This document shows, in pieces, positions 27,300-40,053 of a DNA stretch of 64,000 nt. The position numbers and the translations under genes were made by a program. The stretch comes from Lama guanicoe. Taxonomy: Eukaryota. Every line of letters starts with the position of its first letter. Position 1 is the stretch's first letter. The notes under the pieces are model-generated. The model ran no database searches. It saw nothing but the letters and a program-made list of their open reading frames with translations, and was not told the DNA's origin. The stretch spans positions 7,227,367 through 7,291,366 of the forward strand of contig MU054220.1 of assembly GCA_013239625.1 (NCBI GenBank), written 5' to 3'.

Positions 27300-27458
27300 C
27301 TCAGCTTCTGAAAATGTTACATACATTTGAGTTGCTTGAGGATACTGTTAAATGCAAAGTCTGATTCTGTAGGTTTAGGTCTGAAAGTCTGCTTTTCTGA
27401 AATTCTTCCATCTGATGCAGCTGCTGCTGCTGCTGGTCTCCAGTACTTTGAGTAGCAA
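27300..27458. mobile_element. MER5-like hAT MITE
   Basis: CTGTTAAATGCA..CTGATTCTGTAGGT..CTGATGCAGCTGCTG..GGTC..ACTTTGAGTAGCAA. Confidence 0.65.
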
Positions 27459-29314
27459 TATCCTGCTCCATCAGATTAAGAGGCGTGGCCGAAAGTAAGC
27501 TAGGTGTCTCACCGGGAAAGAAGTCAATTTGTTAACATGTTTGTTGGGATTTCGGCTCTCAAGGGAATACCATCCAGCCTGGTTAAGGCACCCACCCACC
27601 CCGGCCCTTGCCACACAATGTAGGAGCTTTCTGCACTGTCTGGTTTTATTATTAAGTGTTGATAAAGCATTCTGCTTCTCTTGGCTGGGCTTTCTAGTGG
27701 AAAGATGGCAGCTAGAGAGAGGTTTAGACACAACACAATTAGGAATAAGGAAGATCTTGGGAGCCAACACATTAGGAAGGCGGTGGAGTTCTTTTTTGCT
27801 TCTTTAGCAGGCCTTATCTCATAGAGGCCACTGAATCCTGCCTGAAGAATTTTGGACATGCCATTGGTTGTCTGAGCCATCTACTCTCCCTTGGGATGTT
27901 GCATATTTACGCTGAGCTGGGTGACTCACTTCTCCAAGATAAAAATGAAAGAGGAAGGAACCGTGTGTGATGTCCCTCGTTTTTTGATATTCTCCCTTCC
28001 ATTCGATACACATTGAATAAGTCCTAGGTTACAAAGGAGCGGACCACTGGCAGGGACATAAAGATCACGAGAGGCGGTCCCAGGGATTCTCAGTTTGCAT
28101 TTAGACAAACTGACATGAGTGACAGACAGACACGCCAACCCAATACAAAGCAGGCTGTGTCTAAAAAAAAATCTAGCTCTGGAAGTATCGTGTTAGAGAT
28201 CTGAAAAAAATATAGAAATCAGCTCTGCTGGGGAGGTAGTTAGGAAGACTTTGCGAAGGGGGAAGAATTTGGAACATGGTCATTTGCACATGGAGGCCAG
28301 AAGACAGCTGGAGGCAAAGTCTTTGTTGTATTGCAGGCATATAAATAGAGAGCTCGAGCCAAGAGACATAGGTTAGTGTCATTTGACTAACACAGTGCTG
28401 AGATTAAAATATCATTCTTTGGAATTCAGGCTAACTCCTAGAGCTTGAGTGGGATTGTTGGAGGTGAGGGAGGACCTGTCCGGATGGTGTTTTTGCTGTT
28501 GCTTCTCTCAAATTTTGATTTTTTTTTTTTTTTTTGCCTCTCTGGGCCTAGTTCATTGGAATCTGCAGGAAAAAGGATCACCTTATATACAAACACCTGT
28601 CCTTAGCATATAGGACACAGCACTTCAGAAGGTACATCAATCAGGGACGGGAGAGGGAAATATTTTCAAACTGCCTTAGAAGTGTGTTTTCATGGTCAGC
28701 CATTTACCCATTCGGTGATCCTCCTTTACAACCCTGACACTCCCATGGGATAAGGATGTTCATTTCCCTAACTTGTGTGAATTAAAATTCCTTTTTAAAT
28801 GAACTTTGCCGTGATGGTTACTTTGCAGTGTTGGTTGGTTGTAAAGAAGAAGCCTTTTTATATCTGTTTGATATGATGGCACTTAGACATTTAAAAAAAT
28901 AATAATTCTGGAACCCTCCTCTGGTTGCTGATTGCCTTGCCGGGTGCCATTGGCTGGGTGGGGTACTGGGGTACCATCTGGGATTTCTGTAGTCCATGCA
29001 GTCTAAGGATTAAGTGCAGACAGAAGTGAGGATAATCAAAGGACATTAGTCATTATCAAATCCAAGAGCAAGTTTGGGGTCATTGCCAGGAGGCGAAGTA
29101 CATTAAAAAATCAGAGGTAATCAAGAACATGTCAAGAAATAGTTGGATAAAGCAGTGCCCACTTGTTCTTACTGGATATTGAATGTGTTGGCTGAGACTG
29201 GCTTAGAGAACCAAGAAAGTATTTGAAAACATCGTTCCGTCTTCTGTATTGCCCACCCATGGACAATATTCTCTTAAGAGCGCAGATGAACGAAGTGAAG
29301 CTTGTGCTATTATG

Positions 29315-29664
29315 CAGTTGGCCCTCTATATCTGCAGGGTCCACATCCGAAGACTCAACCAACCATGGATCAAAAATATTCAGGAAAAAAAAAATTCTGG
29401 AAAGTTTCAAAAAGTAAACCTTGAATTTACCATGCTGGTAGCTATTCACATAGTATTTACATTGTCTTCACAGCTGTTTACAGAGCACTTAACTTGTAAT
29501 AGGGATTATAAGTAATCTAGAGATGATTTAAAGTATATGGGAGGATGTGGGTAGGTTATATGTAAACACTATGCCATTTTACAGAAAGGACTTGAGCATC
29601 TGAGGATTGGGGGATCTGTGGGTGTCCTGGAAACCAATCTCCGCACAGATACCGCGGTCGACTG
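29315..29664. mobile_element. MER2/MER2B (TcMar-Tigger non-autonomous DNA transposon)
   Basis: TIRs CAGTTGGCCCTCTATATCTG ... CAGATACCGCGGTCGACTG followed by TA. Hallmark TTATAAGTAATCTAGAGATGATTTAAAGTATATGGGAGGATGTG. Confidence 0.92.
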
Positions 29665-30528
29665 TATTAACTTCAGATCCTTTTGCATTCCACTAAGCAA
29701 AGTGATGTACCACCTGTGCTAAAAATGCGTTTTAAATGTATCTGAATTAATTAAAAGCCAAGAGACTCCAGACACGGTTGACTCTATGAGACTCTGATTT
29801 TTATTTTTTTTTTTGAAGTCCATTCAGCTGTGGCTTTTTACAGGTTACTTTGCACCCTTTGTCATTTGTTCTGTCATTGCTTCTTCTTTAACTTCCCTCT
29901 TCTCCCTCTCGCACTCCGATGTTGGTGCTCTGAGACATCATTATTTTGGTTCTTGTAGCTTGCTGTCCATTACAAAGCCAGGTAGTAACCAAACATCAAT
30001 GGCATAAATATTTCCTACTGAGAGTTAATTTGACAATCATCTAGCATTCATCCCTTTTGTTTTTGACTTTAAACATACGAATAAGACACTAAAAGGAATT
30101 ATAGGGGAGAGTAAAAGAGAGGGATGTGAGAATAATGGAAAAGGAATGAGGAAATAAAACCAACATATGTTAGGTGCCAACATGTACCAAAGACTTCGCT
30201 AGTTCCCTTATAGACGTGGTGCTGCTCTGTCCTTGCCATGACGTTGTGTTGGGGACGTCGTCAAGCCTGCTTTACCACTGGGCAGATAGAGAGGAAGGGA
30301 GGTTCTAATTAGAGATGAAAGTCACGCAGGTGCCCACCAGCGGAGCTGAGCGAGTACCTGGATCTCTAACTGCTCTCTGCCGTCAGGCTCAAAATGGGAC
30401 GGTTGGTGGCTGCAGTGAAAGTGCCCATCCTTCTCTGTTCACGGAGCAGCTTGGACTCTGCCGAGATAAACCATTTAGTTAAAAGGCAGAAAAAGAATGA
30501 GATTGAGTAAAAGCTACAGTTTCACTCC

Positions 30529-30876
30529 CTTCCAACCAGATGAGTGACAACTGCCACTATGCAAAGATGAGTTCGTTTGGGAACAGCACATGAATTGCAA
30601 TTCAGGACAAGCAAACTATGGCAAAACACACTGGAAGAAACAAAGGGGAGGCCAGCCTTTGTTGGGTCTGGGAAGAAATCGGGGAGGGTTGTTTTGAACA
30701 GAAGTTTGCTGGGGGAGGAGAATTTGGGGTTGCTGTGGTTTCTTTCTCTCAAGTGGTAGCAGTCTCTCTCTTCCTGCTGATCATGTCAGTTGAGACCAGA
30801 GGAGTACCTGTGTGAGAGCTCTCCCTTCATGGCTTCCTGACTCCATGTTAAATCAGGTTTCTTTTATCCATTTTCA
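30529..30876 (-). mobile_element. ERV1-class solo LTR (MER34/LTR39-like), diverged
   Basis: Minus strand begins TGAAAATGGATAAAAGAAACCTGATTTAACATGGAGTCAGGAAGCC..GGGAGAGCTCTCAC, which resembles LTRs of this group as recalled. Left boundary approximate. Confidence 0.6.
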
Positions 30877-31221
30877 AACCTTGAACCTAACATATATGGG
30901 CTGCTCTGTGGTGGTAATCATCTTTGGACCTGAATATGACCTGTCTATCCCTTAGTCAGCAATTAGGAACCATGCTGCGTGGCCCCAGAGCTGTCTAGTC
31001 CCTTGATATATAGTCTGTATATGCTTAATATGCAGAAATTGATTTTTCAAATAAATCAAGATGACCATGTGCGTCTGTGTGTGTGTGTCTGTGTGTGTGT
31101 TTTCTTTATAATCCCTATCTAGACTTAGGTATTACTTGTAAAATACCTTCTCAGCTCTGCGCATTTTTTTCTTTAAATAGCTACATATGAGGCACCCACT
31201 GCATCCTACTGTTTTGGGAGT

Positions 31222-31640
31222 TGTGTTAGTCAGGATTGTCTGAACTCTGCTGTGGTAGCAGATCCATCCTGAAGTCCCAGTGGATTAACACAAGAAAAGT
31301 TTATTTTTTGTGCTTGCTCAGGTTACCGTGGGCCCGCCTGTTCTCCAGGGTGGCGCCCTCTCGCGTGATGGGGAGACCAGGCTATTTTACGCCTTTCCCT
31401 TCTCAACCCATGGCTTCCAGATTGTTATCACTGGGGAAAAGAGAATGGGAGTGTCCTCAGGGAGGATTTTCTCTGCCTCCCCTCCCCTAAAGTGACACAT
31501 ATACTATTTACAACCCACTTGTCCCAGGTCACCTGGCCCCACCTAACGGTGAGGACCCTGGCAGGGAGGGGCTGGACATAGCCTTCTCTAAGTCCAAAAG
31601 GAAGAACTCATAGATCCTGGTGGGCACTGTTGAGGGACCA
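31222..31640 (-). mobile_element. Old MaLR LTR (MLT1H/I/J-like)
   Basis: TGTGTTAGTCAGGAT..GCTGTGGTAGCA..CAGTGGATTAACACAAGAAAAGTTTATTTT..AAGTGACACAT..GTCACCTGGCCCCACCTAAC. Confidence 0.7.
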
Positions 31641-33187
31641 CAAGTTCTGGGAGAACAAAGATGAAAAATCTTAAGTTACCTCCTATGAGAGCTGTGTAAT
31701 CATATGAGGAAAACAATAATTACACGGGGGTATTTAGGGCTGTATTACAATTTGGCAGGGCCGGTAGCTCCTTAAGCCCGCAGCTGCTGTTCTCTTTGGA
31801 GAGTTCCTTTTTCATCTGAAATAAGCGACTTGGGATTTAAAAATGCCTTGTGTTCTCTTGTGCTCATCCTGTCCACTTTGTTTTCTTCAGTCGAGGTCAA
31901 ACCGTGTTTAAAAATGAAGCCTGGGTCTTAGGACTTCCTTTCTGGAACCAGTGACCTGATGGCAGCTGTTGGTTCAACAGAATCCAGGAAATTTTCCTTG
32001 CCCACCGTGAGCCACGGAGGGCAGAATGAACAGCTCCCTCTTTGTCGGCCACTTGTTCTTTATAAACACCTCAGCACTTACGACGGGCATCGTCAAATAC
32101 AGAGATGGTTTTTCTGGCCTCAGCCATACAAACAGCAAAGCTTATGCATTGGGAGAGATCTATGCCTTGTGGGAAAATCAGAGTGAATGAATAAAAACTA
32201 CAAATAAGGCCACGCAAGTTATGTTTAGGTTTGAGAGCGTGAACAGGTCCATGGGGCTGGGTTGAAAATGTCACGTTGCCAGAGTGTCTAGGTATTTTCT
32301 CTTTGTGTTGGGTACAGGTGCTTGGGTTACAACTCTTCTACGTAAAAATCCTCAGTGAAGAGCTAAAAAATTAGTGTCATGTCGATATGTAAGGAATGCA
32401 AGAATAAAAAGCTATACCATTTTCTGAAAGTTTCTTTCAGGGTGAGAGCAATTTTCACTATTTGGATCTGATTTATAACTGTAACGTGCCTTATCATAGA
32501 TTTAAGTATTTGGTTTTCACTGTCAGATGTTTCGACAATTGCTTTCTGTGCCTTGATTTTCAACTTCCATTGAATTTAAGTTATATCCATATAAAGGATT
32601 TGATTCTTCAGCATTTAGACATATGTTACGGCCTCTAAGTAAGTATTTTCATTGAATCTTGAGAGGAGGTATAGTTTTTGAGATTTTGAAGATAAACTCA
32701 AAAGGCAAACTATGAAAATCACACAAATAATAGTAATGATAATAATATAATCGTGCATATTCATTGGGCATTCATTATGATCCAAGTATCAAGCTAAGTG
32801 TTTCACCAGGATCTTTTCATTTAATCTGCGTGTTTATGAGAGGCAAGTATTCTTACTGGCCTCGCTTTACAAGGGCCTTAAGAGATGTTACATAAATTGC
32901 CTAGCATCACATGATCAGAAAGTATCTGTCTGACCTACTTAAAGTTAGCCAACCCTTGACCTGCTACAAGATATTTGGTTAGTTTCTAAAGGTGTCAATA
33001 ATACACTACACCAAAATATAGCCAAAGAAAACTTCAGCCTAAACTGTGTATTTTAACTTGCATAAAGGGAGTATAACTTAACAAAAGTACGGTAGTTAGA
33101 ATGAAGTTTGGAGATATACCTTAAGCAGTAGGGGTACATTCAGTGTTTATCTGGAAGTATCTATAACCAAAAATCCAATACCTAGTA

Positions 33188-33370
33188 CAGTAGTCCTCAA
33201 CCAGGGTCACTTTTGCCTCCTCACCTAGGGGACAGTTGGCAAAGTGTAGAGACATTCTGTTGTGATGACCGGGAGGAGGGGTCGAGGCTAGAAATGTTCA
33301 AACATCCTACAGTGCATAGGGAAGCCCCAAGTATTATCCAGACCAGAATACCAGTAGCACCAAGGTTGGT
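33188..33370. mobile_element. MER20, internally deleted
   Basis: CAGTAGTCCTCAACCAGGG..TTTTGCC..AGGGGACAGTTGGCAA..GAGACATT..AAACATCCTACAGTGCATAGG..CAAGGTTG. Confidence 0.8.
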
Positions 33371-33409
33371 CTTGTATAAAAGAGTCATTTCTTGTTAGAT
33401 AGGTGAACC

Positions 33410-33635
33410 CATGTAATTAAGAGCTCAATCTTTGGAGTCAGTAGAACCTGGGCTTCAGTTCCGGCTCATGGCTTGGCTTTGGGAGTTTAGGCTCTCTCAG
33501 CCTTCATTCAGTTACCTACAAATTGGAAATCATGGTAATTCTTACCCTACAGGTTGTTCTGAAGGTTAAATGAGAGAATGCGTACAAAGTGATTAGCATG
33601 ATCCCCTGGAATTCGACAATGATCAATAATTTTAG
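33410..33635 (+). mobile_element. MIR SINE
   Basis: TTAAGAGC..TTTGGAGTCAG..ACCTGGGCTTCAG head; ACAGGTTGTTCTGAAGGTTAAATGAGAGAATGC tail. Confidence 0.75.
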
Positions 33636-33724
33636 CTGAAGAAATGATAAACTTTGGTTAAATAGTCAAAGTTAGAATTGTCTTTTGAGACCCTCAGAGG
33701 CTGCCGTTGAGCAGGTGTTAGAAA

Positions 33725-33960
33725 CAGCTTCCTCCAGGTCAGAGAGCTTTGTCTTAAGTCTTATTTCCTCTACTTATCAGCGGTGTGACCTTGAGCAAAT
33801 GCCTTAGAACTCTCTGTGCCTCCACTTCCGCATCTCTCAGATAAGGGTGTAAGTAGTATGTATCTTCTAGAGTTTCTCTAAGGCTTAAATGAGAGTATAA
33901 ATTTAAAGTCCTTAGAGCAGTGTTTATCACTCAGAAGCAGATGGTTGTTAGCTCTCATTA
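33725..33960 (+). mobile_element. MIR SINE
   Basis: ACTTATCAGCGGTGTGACCTTGAGCAAATG..CTCTCTGTGCCTCCACTTCCGCATCT core. Confidence 0.8.
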
Positions 33961-34374
33961 TTCATTTACTTAATATTGTTAGATAAGGCATAACATGCAT
34001 ATCAGTTTTCTAAGTAACTGAACATTACCTTTTGAAATACAAGCCCATTTTTTTTAACAATTAGAGTAATGAAAATTGCTCTAAAATTATACTTTAAATT
34101 CCCTTTCTTATTTTAAAATGAGTGCTAAGTGCTATTTCACATTTCTTTGGTAAGTCGGGAACTTTGTCATCATACTTTTGTTTCTTGTAGTGGATTATGG
34201 TCCATGAAGCTTTTCAAACTATTGATGTTGGAGGATTGTTCTTACTGTAGGCTGCCGGACTGTTTCATTCTTTTCTCTGCTTTTAAAAAAATACTGTTTT
34301 TGCTTCCTTTCTGTCAAAAGATCAGCTGTTTGGGTCTTGTAGTCTCTATCTTAACTTTTCTAAATATCCGCATT

Positions 34375-35030
34375 AATTACCTGATCAATATTTGTTGAAC
34401 ACGCTATGTGCTATGCACTCTAAGGTATATTAGTGACCCAAACGAAACAGTCCTTTCTTAGAGTTTACTATTTAGCAGAGGTAAATATTGAAGACATAAT
34501 GCCAGTTAACTGTTTAGTTCAAATGTGATCTATGCCAAGACTGAGCAGTATCAATTGCTATCCTTAGGACCAAACCCTTTTGGCACGGGCTATAAGACAG
34601 GCGGTCATGGAAAACTGATCATCAAGTGGCAGTCTGAAAAGTGAGAGAGCATTAGCCCAGAAAAGAGAACAAACATTACAAGCAGATGCAACAGCATGTG
34701 TAAAGGTCTTGATTTTGGACAGGTCATGGCATTAAATGAGGCATTTTTTTGAAGTCCAGTATGGCTAGAGACTGCAAAAGAAAATCCAGGTTGGTGGTAG
34801 TATTGATGAGGATAGAAAGATAGCCAAGGTCTGGATCAAGCATGGTCTTCTAACGCCTGCAAAAGATTTATGGGCTTAAAGATTTGATAGACAATGGTAA
34901 GCCATTAGAAAATTTATTCTTCTTGTTAATGTGACAGATTTTCATGTGAAGAATGACTTAGGAGTAGGAAAGATTGGAAGCAGAGACACCAGTTAGATTG
35001 CTGCTGTGGTGGTCCAGTCAAGATGTGATG
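34375..35030 (-). mobile_element. L2 LINE fragment
   Basis: AATATTTGTTGAACAC..CTATGTGC.. and AACAGCATGTGTAAAGGTCTTGA..CCAGTATGGCTAGAG..CAATGGTAAGCCATT..CCAGTTAG..GCTG..GGTCCAG are reverse L2 3' motifs. Confidence 0.7.
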
Positions 35031-38000
35031 CAAGCTGTCCAACTTGTGTCTCCAATGGAAGTAAACAGTTTCTGAGAAATAAGACCTAAAAGTTCTCTGT
35101 GAGAGGAAGGTTGATATTTAGTTTCTGGACTTGGAAAGATTCATTTTGGCTTGTTTACCTTCCACCTTGTTCTTGGCAATGCTCCAGAGGGTTACAGCTG
35201 ATGAATAGTCTGTTTCCAAATGAGTGAAACTACACAGCAATAATCAAAATGAAATCGTATTTATATAATACTTAAAAACTGTCACGTATTGCATTTAATC
35301 AGCAAATTTTCATAGCAAGTGATTTTTACCCCCCACTGTCCTTACAAAACTGTGGTCTAAGTTGATGTACCTTAATGTATTGGCAATAGGAAATGTCTAA
35401 CTCAATAAGCCATTGCACATAATAGAAAATTTCACTTGTCCTATCTTACAGAGAAAGTTGGAATTGAGTAGAAGTGGTCTTCCATTTCGTTCTTTGCATA
35501 ATAGGAGAGATATAAAAATGTTGACTCATGAGTTCTTGGTTATAGCCATGAGTGCTCTGACAAAAAATACAAACTTTATATATTGAAATAAGATATTTAC
35601 TTAACATCTATGCATACAAAATATATGCCATGTGAAATATGAATTGTGTGAAGATTAAATATGTATACACAGAGCTGTGTTGTGTAGGGTCTTGAATGAC
35701 ATAGTTAGAAAAACTGGACATTCTATTTGGAACATCTATATAACCTATTCAGTACGGGAGAATCAAATGAGATCATTTAGACAAAGTGCTTGATTTAGCA
35801 CTTAACACATAATATTTAATATATTTAAAATTTGCATATATAGTTTAGATATAATTTTTTATCATACATTGACTATATGGTTTATTGTAAATCATATGAG
35901 TAGATAATTTGATATAAGATTACATACACAGATACAAATGTACATCTATGCACATACATACACTGTATTAGCTATTGATTATTACAACACAAATGGTTGC
36001 ACAGTGATACTCAAAATAACATACAGCCTTATAGACATATTTGGTAAAATTAGTTTAGTTTTGCATCTGGGGGGGGGTGGTTATTTATGTTCTGGGAAGT
36101 TACCATAACGCAGATGTTAAATGTTAGCCATGAAGATACGATTTCACATGAGTTGAGATTCTGGCTCAGTTTCTATATCCTGCTTTCTCTCATTCACTCA
36201 TTCATTTCTCTATTCATTATTTAAACAGATATTTACTAGAACTCTACTCTCTGCCAACAACTATAACCTGTCCTTAAGAGTCTTACAGTCTTGTAAGGGA
36301 ACAAGCATGAAAGCAAATAATTGCAATAAAAATGATGTCAACAACATGTGGTACATCCTTTGACAGTAAGAACGTACCTACTCTCTTATAGATAACATAT
36401 GGCTAATTATTTTGTACATATTTGTGGGTCATTAAAAAAATAGAGAATAGACGTTAAATAGAAACTTAAAGGAGTCTTTCTAAGTATCTATTTTTTATTC
36501 AGCTTCTTGTCTTCATCTACCACCTACACGCCAAAGACGACCAAATGATTATCAGTCATTTCTATCGCTTTTTCTTACTCCGGAATCCTATTTTCATCCG
36601 ACTTTTGGCAATCTGTAGGTAGATGTTCCATAGATATCTCAAATTCATTCTGCCTAAAACAAATTCATTATGCTCCTTCCTCTTACAAAAATGATTTCTC
36701 CTCCAACATGTTGAAACCCTGTTAAATGTATCATCACCCACAAAATCACCTCACTGAAGTCTCCAAGTCCTGGTCAATGTTCATTCAGTGTCTGCCCTTG
36801 GCCAGTTGGTCATCAAGTCCTCCTCATCCCCTGCCAATTTTCTTCCTCTCCCTTTTAGGTAAACACATGCCCCAAATTAACAGCATAAGAAAGCAATTTG
36901 CAAGTTGCTAGGCAGCAATAGTTGAAGGGAAATCTCAGAAAATCAAGCCAGTGACTTGGTTATTGTGTTATCACTATGTTGTTCCTTTTTCTGTGAGTTA
37001 AAAATGTTTATCTTTAACATGGAATACTATTTTAAATTCTGTTGATCTGTGGACTTCAAAAGCATCCTCATACACATTTCCACATTGATATACTTGCTGA
37101 ATTTCTCTTTCCTTCCCATCTCATATTTTATGCTTCTAAGGGTAGTTCCAGCTATGAATCTTAGAGTCCTTTTCAAATGCCCGCCTGCTCAGGATTTGGA
37201 TGGGAGACGCATACAGCAGTCCCTATTTATGGAGAAGTATGTTATTCATTGATACTAGTCATTGAAAAGAAATAATCAACATCACGATGACGAACAATAT
37301 CACAAGTTGTCCCTGACCATATTCTGAGTGTTCCTGAAATTTCCTTCTGGTCCATACTCTTTTAAGGGTCACTTATTAATTCATAAGTGTAAGTACAAAA
37401 TTTTCTGGAACATAGTAGCTGCACAGGAAGTGGTGAATCCTATTGTCCCTTGAAGGGTTTTTTTGTTTTTTTTTTTTTAAATCTGTGAGCATATAGATTC
37501 CTAAACATCCCTGAATCTAGGGAAATGTTTCTACATTTCTAAGGAAAGTAATTGGGAAAAGAACTATAACAGTTTTCTTCTTTGTCCTTTTTTTCATTTT
37601 TTGTGTGTTTTTAAATAGTTTGATATCCTGGCAAATATGTGGGATGGTGTTAATATAAACTATAGGTTAAAATGGAATGTTTACCTATGTCTTTAAATCT
37701 GGAGTTATAAATGGAATAGTGCCACGGATACAGAGGAAAAGGCTGCTTGGAGGGGAGGAATCGATAAAGAAGGTAATTCCTCCTTGAAGAGGTAGAAAAA
37801 CAGGTTAAATTTGCTTGGAATATTTCTTGAGTAAATGGCATTACTACTCCCTGAGTTTCCAAGCGACGACTTTTCCCCTCTCTTTTTGAAAGAATGGAAA
37901 CTTTGATGTGCCTTCATAGCTCATATCTCTTTTGGCCTGCGCGTCCTGACCTGCTATGATGACCCAGCTCTGTCAGCAAACACGAGGGTCGTGGTTAGAT

Positions 38001-38824
38001 ACCTATTTATTGGTCCTTAGCTATAATTGGCTTTGCTGAGCAAACAGCTTTTGAGCAGCCACCCTCAAACAGACCATTTCCCAGGATGCCAAGGGGAACC
38101 TGACAGTGGAACTTACTGCATCCTTTATCTATGTGTTATCTTATTGATGATATGGAGGAAGGAAAAACTGGACCAAAGGGAGAACCTGTGATTCACAAAT
38201 ACAGACCTCTCAGGTGCAGACGAGAGGCGTATATCCGAGAGGAAGATTTGTGAGTCTGATCTCACACAAGCAAAGGAGCACTGTTAGCACTTGCTTGTAA
38301 TTCATGGTGGGGCGCTTTGGAAACATACCACTGCTCGTCGCTGCGGTGCATGTGCTGTGCTTTCGGTAAACCAGATGAATGTGGGATTATTTGTATAGCA
38401 TGGCGCTCAGCGTGGAAGCAAAGGGAAAGTTTATTACTTGTTTTCTCCCCTCCCCCGAGAGGGATTTGTTTCACTGTGAAGTCAGACTCATAAAAAGGCT
38501 GCAAGTCACGATCGATGCCGTAGCTTCCTTGGAATGAAGTCCAAACTATAGTCTATTCCGCTTTGCCAGTTTGTCTGGAAGCCACACAAATATGGGCAAA
38601 TACGGGGATCAGAATTCAATTAGATTTGCCCCAGCGGAAGAATGAACTGCTTCACATTTGGAGGTTGCTCAGTAAATATCATAGCCTTTCTGATACTGCG
38701 TAGTTGAGATGCTCTAATAGGAAGGACTTGATTTAGAAGAGACGATTGAAGGAGAGCAGAGGGATGAGCTGTGAGATGGATGCGAGTTAATGGAAAGAGA
38801 AAGGGCTTTTGGCCCAGCCTGGGC

Positions 38825-38950
38825 ATTCTAGAGTCAGAAAGACTTGGGTTCGAATCCTCCTTCCTCTTCTCTCCGCCTCAGTTTCCTCTTTTGCAAAACA
38901 GCGCTCATAAACCTATGGTGCAGATTGCTCTCTGGATTAAATGCGGTAAC
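38825..38950 (+). mobile_element. MIR SINE fragment
   Basis: CTAGAGTCAGAAAGACTTGGGTTCGAATCC..GCCTCAGTTTCCTC..GGATTAAATG. Confidence 0.75.
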
Positions 38951-40009
38951 AGATGACTCATCATTTCCTCGTTTCCTGGCAGGTGGCAGGTCTACCCTGA
39001 GTGGTAGTTCTTGGAGCCTATCTTTACATTTTCTTTTTAATTAAAAATCCATGTTCTATTTCAGGTTTCTTATATTTTAAATAACCCTGCTTAGCAATCT
39101 ATGATATTTTATGGTACTTTTTTTCCCCCTTAGTATTCTTATGCTCTTTCCTTCTCTTTTTAGCGCCCATTGTTTCTATAGTCTATGTAACCCTCTGCTC
39201 TCAACAAGGAATAATTGACTCGAGAATGCAGGAAAATGATTGTGCATTCAAATGAGAAGTTGCAAACCCTCTATCAGCCTAAGAATTTACATCTTTCTCC
39301 TCCGTCCTCTAAGCTCTATGACTTTTTGAACCAGATAGGTCATCAGTATTTTGGGCGGAATAGCGTCAGTGATAAATGCATTGACCTAATTCTAACTTTG
39401 CAGAATAGCTGTATTTGGAGGAAGAGAGACTAGAGATGCAGGCAGGCTGAAAACTGTCATCATCATAATCATCATCTTCAAAGAGCATCACCTGCTTACG
39501 AAGATGAAAAGAGATAAACATAGGGTGACCTTTACAGGGTCTGATAATCCCTTGGGAGGAGGGAGAGGCGCGATCATTGATTTACCACTTATTTAAATGA
39601 TACTTAATTTTAAAATCAGTTTCATCTGCCAGAGATCTCCACCATAAAAATTCCATACCTCTCCATCCCCGTTTCTGCAGTCGGCTCATTTGCACTGTGT
39701 GTCCTCTGCCTAGCCTCTTTTTTGCAGAGGTGGACACTCTTGATGTGCGTTGCTAGGCTCTCAGTGCACTGTGTTGCCACGTTAATTTTATGTTATGGCA
39801 CCAGATGGGCGATGACAGAGAATAACAGCCTTTGCGACCTCACCTTTCAGGAATGGTGGATGTGAGATTCAGTTAATAAATGATGTAAGATCTCCTTGAA
39901 TCCTGAGATAAAAGGCTGTGTAAAATCTGAGAATTGCTATTTCCCTAGTTCTAAATCAGTATCTTTTGAGCTAATAGGCATTTAAATAGCTATTCAAATG
40001 CAATATGTG

Positions 40010-40012
<3 letters not shown>

Positions 40013-40050
<38 letters not shown>
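40013..40050. repeat. (TG)19 microsatellite
   Basis: Read directly. Confidence 0.95.
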
Positions 40051-40053
<3 letters not shown>

